NCBI RefSeq assembly: GCF_037042905.1
Contig: NC_087251.1
Location: forward strand, 12,712,001-12,772,000
Direction of reading: 5' to 3'
Length of the DNA: 60,000 bases
DNA from: Lytechinus pictus
Lineage: Eukaryota
The position numbers and the translations under genes were made by a program. How positions within the stretch are numbered: position 1 is the stretch's first letter; each line of letters starts with the position of its first letter. The notes beneath the pieces were generated by a model. That model ran no database searches and was not told the DNA's origin. It was given only the letters and a program-made list of their open reading frames with translations. Shown in pieces: positions 51,190-60,000 of the stretch.

Positions 51190-51509
51190 GACACCGTTCT
51201 CATTACTAACCTAAAAACTAGTTTACTGGTTCAGGAAACCAGTTTGGAAGATTGCTTTGCTCATGTTTCATTTGATCAGTCGAAAGTGGTTTTCAAAACC
51301 ACTTCACGTAAAGTGGCCTTGTTGCTATGGGAATGCTCTCAGTGGGGGTAACATGTTTCGTGCTCAATTTGAAACCGCAGCGTAGACATTCTACACACAT
51401 TGTGTGGAGTAGCGTGCTCGAAATGTGCGAAGACCGTTTCGACAGTTCTCATTACGAGTTAAACTAGTTTCCACTAAACTAGTTTTAGGACGGTAGTAAG
51501 AACAGTGTC
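51190..51509. mobile_element. Harbinger-like MITE, 320 bp
   Basis: TAT|GACACCGTTCTCATTAC ... GTAGTAAGAACAGTGTC|TAT (3-bp TSD); AAACTAGTTT palindromes. Confidence 0.85.
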
Positions 51510-52437
51510 TATGACTTGCTTAAATTTGTGAGTGATGTAATCTACCAGAAAAAAGTCTGCACTTCAGAAGCTTAAATGATTACACATTACCTGTTAATGT
51601 GGTTTGACAAAAATCATACTATTTATAGTATATGCACAAATTCTGCATCATAATAAGGTACGCATACAAGCTACCCGTAATATTATAGTTTTTTGGCTCT
51701 CGTAAGAATTGGGATTTTAAGGCAATCTAAAATCCTTTAAAAAAAGAGGTTTTCCAATCGTTTGGAGACTCTTTTTCTGCAATTACATGTAAATAGTTAA
51801 CTAGATAAGTTGTAAAATCTAATAAGGTGCATATTGCAAATTAGCAGCACATGCAAAACATAGTGGAAGCAGTAGGTGTTGTAGTAGTAGTAGTAGCAGC
51901 AGTAGCAGAAAAAAAAAGACTGAAACAAATTTTTGTAAATTTCTATTTTGTAACCGTACAGGTATAGTCGTTGTAGTAGTAAAAAACTGAAACAATTCTT
52001 TATAAAATTCATTTTGTAACTGGAACATCATATTCACCATGCCAATGCTATATACTGCCCTTTTCAAAGAAGATATCACGTTGTGTGAATGTATTGATTC
52101 CATATTGGAAACATAGCAAGAGAGAGGTGAGAGGCACATTGAAGATGAGGCGAGAAGATGGCAATGATCTTTAAGAGAAGTGGCCAGTCAATGATTCTTC
52201 ATCACCTCTACTATATGCTGAAATATCATGAGTGCTGGTTATACATGTATCACTGGTAATCATGCCCATTATGGAGAAACTGGGCAGCATGTGCATTTAC
52301 AGTCTCAATTTTAGTAGTATACTTCTAGATACTTAAATTTCAATGACGGTTCAGACATGGAATGAAAAACTCAGCAACGCGTCACTATGAACTTGATGAA
52401 CGCATTAAAAAAAAGATTATTAACTTGAAAAACAATT

Positions 52438-53004
52438 CATCAGCATCATCCGAACCGTCATATCACACATACAACGGTGCAAACTATTTCTGAGAAAATT
52501 GACTTCAAAATTTACTATAATTTTCACACTTAATTTCCCAGCCTTACAACATATTCATTGCTAGAAAATTACATGGTTGGAAAGACCTAGACAATTGCTG
52601 GACATTGGTATCCTTATTTTTACATAAAACCGTATGGCAAAAGAGCTACATGCTTTTAATTTCAGTTTGAGCAGCTTAGATTTTCTCTGTACAAAAACGC
52701 CATAAGGAAAAAGCGATACGACGGTTTGGCTGACCGCGATTTCAATGCGCCCAATCAGTCAAAACGTTGTATTGCTCTGTTACAGTACACGTTTCCATTG
52801 GGATTTGCCCATTTTATAAAAAATTTGTATGGCATCGCCATGAAAAATCCCCTCATATCTCAAAAACTACAATAAATTGCTGCCTAGAAATTTAGTTATG
52901 AATAGAATAGGACTTGTACTTTCATTTTCTGCAAAAATCCCAAAATTGTTTTTTTTTTTACCAAAATTGACTGATAGTCCTGACCGTTCGGATGAACGCT
53001 AATG
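52438..53004. mobile_element. Sola1-like MITE (AATT TSD), 567 bp
   Basis: AATT|CATCAGCATCATCCGAACCGTCA ... TGACCGTTCGGATGAACGCTAATG|AATT. Confidence 0.8.
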
Positions 53005-53106
53005 AATTGAGCACCATAATGTCACCATTTTTTGTAACTGAAATTCAATTACCTTGTCAAAATGGAGCAATTTGAGAAGTGATGTACATGTACACAGGAA
53101 CCTAAA

Positions 53107-53711
53107 AGGTCTCAAGTCCACCCCAGAAAAATGATAATTTGAATAAATAGAGAAAAATCAAACAAGCATGACGTGGAAAATTTCATCAAAATCGGATGTA
53201 AAATAAGAAAGTTATGACAATTTAAAGTTTCGCTTATTTTTCACAAAACAGTGATATGCACAACTCAGTGAAATGCAAATGAGACAGTCGATGATGTCAC
53301 TCACTCACTATTTCTTTTGTTTTTCATTGTTTAAATTAAACAATATTTCATTTATTACAGATTCGACAACAAGGACCAACTTGACTAAACCATATAGTAT
53401 TAAACAATGCTAATTCCACATGTTCAGGGAGGAATTAATCGTTGTTTAACTTGACAATGAGGAAAATATTAGAATATTTCATATTTTAGTTAATAAAATA
53501 CAAAAGAAATAGTGAGTGGATGACGTCATCAGTCTCCTCATTTGCATACCGACCAGGATATGCATATAACTGTTTTGTGAAATTAATCGAAATTTTGAAA
53601 TGTCATAACTTTCTTATTTTACATCCGATTTTGATGAAATTTTCAGTGTTGTGCTTGTTAAATTTTTCTCTTTTTATTCAAATCATTTTCTTGTTGGGGT
53701 GGACTTGTCCT
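53107..53711. mobile_element. Kolobok-like MITE family D, best-preserved copy
   Basis: AGGTCTCAAGTCCACCCC ... GGGGTGGACTTGTCCT|TTAA; long quasi-palindromic arms. Confidence 0.9.
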
Positions 53712-55656
53712 TTAAATGGGTTTCTGCAATACATGTATTTTTGAAAGTTTTGATAGCTAATGCTGATGATGTGCATGGTGCATTGTTGGTTTGCTTACTG
53801 TATGGAAGCACATATATTTAGCAAAATACAAGAGAACCAATGACTTTTATTGTTGCATTTATACTTTTTTTTACCCCTTTCATTCAAATTCACTGTAAAA
53901 TATAGTTCAGACATGGCAATAAAATAGCACTCTATTAGTTACATGTAAGACTAATCTGGTCCTCAACTTTCAGAAGTCCATAAAAAAACATATGAGCCTC
54001 ATGTATTTATGTGACAAAGCTGATAAAAGCATAAAGGTTTCACAAGCAAAAAAATATGGGTAAATGGGTCAAATAGATCTTGCATTGAAATTTCTGAAAA
54101 GACAAAAATTATATTTTTTAAACCCTTACCTCTTTTTCATCAATCTGAATCTGAATAAGAAAGCAAATAATTACAAGATTAAATAAATATTCCCTTTTCA
54201 CTCTTTAAATAACTTTATAATCATAGTTACGGAGAAAGGCAGTAAATGTACATGCACCAGAGAATCGATGAGCCCCTTCTGCCCTTCCCTATCCATATCC
54301 CTCCCTCGTCTATGGGATTTTTTTAAAATCAGGATGTTAGAAATTAAGTGTTGAATTTACTTTTAAAACAGAAAATATGTTTGCAAGATCAAAACAAAAT
54401 ATCAAGAAAGTGAAGAACTTTACTGCCTTTTATTAAAGATAAAGTAACAACGTCACTACATGTACTAATCTACCAAGAAATATTGAAAACACAACTCCAT
54501 CATAACACTTTGTATCTTATCTGAACACTATAGCAGGTTATTGACTTTGAAATCATATGTAATTGCAGTAAACCAATTATTACTATCAATTTACAATACC
54601 TTTTTCCAGTCGGAATGATGGATTATTGCTTTTATTTTCAACTCATTTTCTAATAACTCTCATAGAAATTGAAAGGATAGCTTAATAAGCTGGTAACAGG
54701 CATGCAGAGAAATAATAATTAATCAATCTTTTAGTGAGCATGTGCTATTTACTCGCTTGCAATCGTTTATTTGGAAAGCCACCAGCCAGTCACTAGCTAC
54801 CTGTAGTCACTACCATGCAGTGCACCGTAATTTCTGTCGAGATGTAACTAATCAAATTTGCACTCAGCACAAATTAAAAGCGTCACAAACCACTTTTGAT
54901 GAAGAGTCATTAAAAAGGATGAAATTGTGTAATATAAAAATTCTTTTTTTGTTCTAATGCCAACCGTTGGGTAGTCACTAGAAAAAAAATTAAGTCTCTT
55001 CATTTTTTAATCAAATCTCAGTCTTTCCAATCAATACTTACAAATAATTATTTTTGAAGCAAGATTTTTCTGGATGTCATGATGAACTGTACTTCAGCAC
55101 AGATCTGTTTCTGTTGTATTCATTCACCCTCTCTTTGTAAACATCTTATATGCCTTGCCTCTTGATGTTACTTTGTAAAATACAAGCTGGGAAATAATGA
55201 CTTACAAAACAAAGAATGAAAATTTTCCCCAAAAATTTCTTCAACTCATATGATTGTAATTTGATTCTATGTGAGTAGTTCAATGTTCATTGTAAAGGCT
55301 AGAAGTGAGTATAGAATATTTCTACATTTCAGAATCAACACAATCAACATATCATTTTACTCCTTACATAACTTTGTTGCTAAATTAGAATTTGAAAGTC
55401 ATCAAAAGTGTTGATATTTTCTGCGCAATGAAAAATATAAGCACTAAGTATAAACTGACATGTAATTTGCAAGTATTACATTGCTAATGAAAATTTAATG
55501 GTAAAAAAAGCCAATCACAGAAATGAATTTTGACCAAAGATTACATTTAACAGCAAAAACGCACACAAGTGAATGGTAAAAGGGATGGGGTCAGAAAGGG
55601 GGAATAAGACCACCCCCTGAGGTGTCAGAAAGGAGGGGGCACCTTATGGACATACC

Positions 55657-56348
55657 TAGGGACAGTGATTTTTTCCGTGATCACGGAAAACGGACGGAAT
55701 TCACGGAAAGGGCCTTTTGAAACGGAAAGTGTCATTTCAAACGGAAAACATATTTTTCCTCAAAATACACAGAACAAAAATTAATCCAAAATCTCAACAA
55801 AATATGAATATTAAATGGCCACAAAACCCCAGAAAACACGATCTCACTTCGCTATGACAAGTCACACATCGTGACTGCACTCGACTTCATGATCACACTA
55901 GATCGTACCCCTCGCCCGTACCCGTACCTGGTTGGGCTTATCGAAAACAACATTCACATGCACACATCGTTTGAAAAACACGGTCGTGTGTTGCTGCCCT
56001 CTACATTCGAAGATATCACAGCACAATATCGAGGTCTTGAAATCCAAAATGGCGGATAGACGAAAATCGTTGACTGCTGAAAACGATGTCCAAAAAACCC
56101 CAAAATTATTGATGAAATATCATTTAACCGTAAAATAATGCTAATATTGTGAAAGGTGAGGATGGATTCATGTCAAATGTGTTTGTCAAAATATTTTGTG
56201 CACCCGCACAGATCCGATTACAACGGATTCTGTTGCGTTGTTGGTACAGTGGCAGATACAACAAATTTTGACCAGCACGAGTGTTGTGATATTGCTATTC
56301 AATGGGTAAACGGAATTTTTACTTTGTTACGGAAAATCACTGTCCCTA
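55657..56348. mobile_element. hAT-like MITE, 692 bp
   Basis: TIR TAGGGACAGTGATTTT..CCGT / ACGGAAAATCACTGTCCCTA; subterminal ACGGAA repeats; CATACC on both flanks (6 bp). Confidence 0.88.
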
Positions 56349-56769
56349 CATACCCTGTAGAACCCCAGTTCAAAATTGTTACAACATTCAGTAAAGTTAT
56401 GAAAACCATAAAACCTACATGTATTAAACAAAATAACTCTTTCACCACAACTAAATAGATCTGCTGGGCGTAAATATTTATATTCAACACCACTTTCTTC
56501 AAAATCACTGCACTTGAATAAAGGCCTTCTATTGGGCAATCCTCCATTAAAAATTACCCCCCAAAAGAATTCCAAATAACGATATTATTGTAATGAGATG
56601 TAACTGACTCATCAAACTATGTAGGCATTTACTCAGAAACCTTTACAGTTAATTGGCCGGTTCACATGATTGAAAAAGGGAGGAAAATCTTTTGATGTTT
56701 ACAACCAAATCAACAGATTGTATATACAAATGTACTCTATTCATTTCCTCAATGCATTGCTTGCTCTGG

Positions 56770-57030
56770 AGGCCATAAAGTAAAACAAATAAACACAAAT
56801 AAAAAAGAGTACATGTTTATGCCAACTCTTTGATGCCATACAAATTAAAAGTCATAATTTAGAAACTTTGTATGATGATGCGATGCATCCTTACTCATTT
56901 TCTGTATAAATGCCAACCATATAAAGTGAAACAAATACATCAAAAGTTGTTTTAATATTATGTTTATGCCAACATTTTTCATGCTGTGAAATCAAAAAGG
57001 TATTATTTAGAAACATAGTTGCATAATGCA
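56770..57030. repeat. Diverged tandem duplication (~145-bp period)
   Basis: ATAAAGT.AAACAAATA...ATGTTTATGCCAAC...ATTTAGAAAC occurs twice. Confidence 0.65.
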
Positions 57031-58083
57031 TCCTGTCTTACTGCCAATCAAAAATGTTAATGACACAACCAAGAAAATATTTCTTGAAAAGCATATCACT
57101 TTGTGTACAAGCAGCATTAGGATACAAACAAGGGGCCTGGTTTAAATATATTTTCTACACCTTTTTGTAACATGCTTTTTTGCATTTAAAAGTATAAACA
57201 AACAAGGACGTTGCTAAGCCAACTGCAAATTGTGATTTTGAATATGTTCAAAGATGATATGCAGGGGAAAAGTGCATTTATTTAATCACTATTTCTCTAT
57301 GAAGCACAATGACATGATGCATTAAAGGTTGAGTCCAATTATAAGGACCATTAACAGGGCAATTTCAAATGGGTAGCATCGCAAAAGACACACCCTTCAG
57401 GAAGATGATATCTCAAAAGGGTAAGTGAAAACAGGAAAGGGACAAAGTGTATACAGTAGTTTTGTAGATTATGATCTCTTTCATTGAGAATCAATAAATT
57501 AACCTTTACAGGCTTACAGCAATGCATTAACAGTAATTGTGCATCAGTTCGGCAAGATATCAACACAAATTTCACTCTCTTTACCTATAAAAATGGCCAC
57601 TGAAACCATAATTGTAACATAAGGTAAAATATCAGATTAGAAAATCAACAAAACTATAAAAGAAAATGTGGAAGTAGTAGGAGGAACAGTAGTAACATTA
57701 GTTGCAACTGTCAAAGATAAAACACATATCAAGTGGTTAAAAAATATATAAGATTTTTTTTTCACATAGAAGTAGCATCTACAGTAATAAGTACTGCAAG
57801 GTGCAGTGCAGACCTCCTTAAAGTGACATAACAATCAGCTAGTGGATTGTGGCCACTAGCTGAAAGAAGAGAAGTAGTATTCTTATCGTTTACAAAAGGT
57901 GACAAAAAGTTAAATTTAGAACATATTTTAGAAAGATTATAAGCAAAACAAACAAGGCGGAATATTTCAATATTTTCAGTGCATTTTTAACATGTACAAG
58001 ACGCTTTCGTGATACATATCATTAAAAAAAGAAACTGTATGTTCAGGGCTATTTCTATGGATTAATCAGCCATCCACTTTATT

Positions 58084-58379
58084 CAGCGCGCTGAATCTCG
58101 CTTCAGGGGATTTCTGGAATATGAAATTTGACCTCTGAAGTCATCAAAGTAGAGAAGTTCTCCTGTGAGCTTTCATATTGGCCTTTTCCCCGGCAGAGTT
58201 CACTGGGGAAACCATTACGCCACCTCTTGAGATGGAGAAGTTATCCACCTTGAGAGGTGGAGAAGTTCACCAGGGAAGTTCTCCTGTGTAGGCTATCTTT
58301 CATACTGGACACTTTCCCCTTCGCTGGCGAATATCGCAGGCAACGTTCACTGGGGGGAAGTGCAGTACTATGAAAGGGG
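58084..58379 (-). mobile_element. Diverged terminal fragment of family E MITE
   Basis: Reverse complement of ~30344-30585 (CATACTGGACACTTTCCCCTTCGCTGGCGAA ... TATGAAAGGGG|TA). Confidence 0.85.
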
Positions 58380-59475
58380 TACAATAGTAGTACTAATACT
58401 GTAGTAGAAGTAGTAGTAGTAGGAGGAGGAGGAAGAAGAGCAGAGGACCATGCAGCAACAGGAGAATTAGAAGCAGAAGTAAAAAAAACATGTAGTTATC
58501 GTAACAATAGCTTTGTGCAGGACGTCATTTATCATTGCAACACATGAACTTTGGGGGAGTGTAGTTCATGATCCAGAGAGGAAGGAAACTTCCAACGATA
58601 CAATCAATTTATTTCAGGTGTGACCCAACTGAGCTGAACGTAAAAGGAAGGCTTTGATAGAGACAATACAATGACATCGAGTAGGGAAATACACCATTTA
58701 TGCAGATTTTCCTCTCAAAAGTGATGTTCACGAACAACAAAAAAATATGTATCAATATATAGGAAATAAAAAATAATTGCAGAGATCACATGGTTAACAA
58801 ATGAAATTGAAAGAAAGAGAAGACAAAGTCAACAGGATGGATATCATTCTAGGCAAGTGCATGGGGGGGGGGGAGGATATGGTCTTTGCGAGATATTCCA
58901 TGTTTATGATGCAGTATAGCAATATAATGTTGTCATGTTAAATGCTTCACTGATTGGTAATAATTTCCAAATGTGTTTCCTTTCATTACTAGGAGTTCTA
59001 CTAATATCATCATGTAATAATTTCTGCAGGAGATTTCTGATTTCTTTCATAATCTTCATTTAAAAAAATGTATCATGTTTGTTCCCTTCTTAATCAGTCG
59101 ATTCAAGATTGGAGGTTGGGTTGACCTGTGCTATATCCGAGCGTTTGTAGTAATAGTAGACATAAAAATGAAAATTATAAATTGATTTCATAAGAATCAT
59201 CATAATACAACCTTGACCACCATCTAGTATTAGCACTTGTATAAGGTTTCTTGTTCAGCTTAATAATATTCATTAATTCATCCAAATCCTTGCCTTTCAA
59301 GAAAAAAAAATCAAAGAAGAGAAAACAGTGATTCTGTTATTTTTTTTCACCAAAGCATTCAATTGAAGAACCTGGTTCAAAACTGATGAAAATGCTTCTT
59401 ATATATGTCAAAGCAATCTTTGGCCAAATCAGCTTTGAACAGAGCCTGCGATTATAGGCTTAACATTTAAACCGG

Positions 59476-59489
59476 GTAACCATGGCAAC
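59476..59489. promoter_or_regulatory. RFX X-box-like motif about 200 bp into the intron after the 59696 donor
   Basis: GTAACCATGGCAAC (reverse complement GTTGCCATGGTTAC). Confidence 0.45.
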
Positions 59490-59695
59490 ACCATATGATG
59501 GTACCATTAAGTGAAGTCATAAACCCGATTAGAAGCAGGTCAATATAGGTCTTTATCTTTACACACGTAAGTTCATGCAAACATCAGGGAGATCAAAACA
59601 TACTTAATTGAGCACACATGTAAAGGAAATGTAGGAATTTTTCAAGGGGAGAAGTTTTCACAGGAAAATGCAAGTGTGTCAGATGAAATACTTAC

Positions 59696-60000
59696 ACTGC
59701 TGAACTGAGCCCTTTTCCCTGCAGCTGTAAAAGGAGCCTTGGCTGAAGTAGGTAGAGGTGCACTCTCTGTTACTGCTATAGAGAGGTGGTCATCCAAATC
59801 ATCATCCGTTGAGGCTTGACTGAAAGAGGAGAGTGTACTGTCTGTTGAGAGTTTCCTATGTAATGTGCCAGACTCAATGTCAGCTAGGGTAAGGAATTGA
59901 TAAGGTCTGTTCAAGTTGGATCCTGAGTTTGAATTGAAAGCACCGGGTGGTGGCGAGGACTGCTCCGAACGAGGTGGTGTCTCACACATTTCAATAACAA
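59696..60000 (-). CDS. Coding exon, truncated by the window edge; Ser/Pro/Asp-rich, probably disordered region of an unidentified protein
   Basis: Frame open to the window end (VIEMCETPPRSEQSSPPPG...HRKLSTDSTLSSFSQASTDDDLDDHLS...AGKRAQFSS); higher GC than flanks; consensus donor AGT|GTAAGT in phase 0. Confidence 0.85.

Noticed and set aside
59696..60000. Assigning a gene symbol to the exon
   Set aside because: Low-complexity peptide with no diagnostic domain inside the window.

Overview
AT-rich eukaryotic (metazoan) genomic DNA. It is not prokaryotic: there are no operons, rRNA genes or CRISPR arrays, and nearly all ORFs in the track are chance ORFs or translations of repeats. The repeat style suggests a marine invertebrate such as a sea urchin, but this is inference only. 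The window appears to be mostly intronic sequence of one minus-strand gene that I cannot name. Its visible parts are a Ser/Pro-rich coding exon running off the right edge (59696->60000), a probable alternative first coding exon (40288-40449) and a probable 55-nt downstream exon (14321-14375), all splice-phase compatible. The introns hold many non-autonomous DNA transposons whose TIRs and target-site duplications can be read directly (Harbinger-, Kolobok-, hAT-, P-, Sola1- and CACTA-like, plus a Helentron/HINE-like element), several of them nested. They also hold a 5'-truncated L2/CR1-type LINE, a tRNA-derived SINE fragment, a Penelope-like inverted repeat with a minimal hammerhead ribozyme, and microsatellites. 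Most notable: (1) strong excess of TACATGTA and TAGGCCTA, with direct evidence that some are 6-bp insertions at TA sites (probable excision footprints); (2) a 3.2-kb foldback element built from mirror-image ~190-bp repeats; (3) a MITE inserted into a copy of itself; (4) the hammerhead-bearing palindrome; (5) RFX X-box motifs near the putative exons. I see no evidence for a new protein-coding system.
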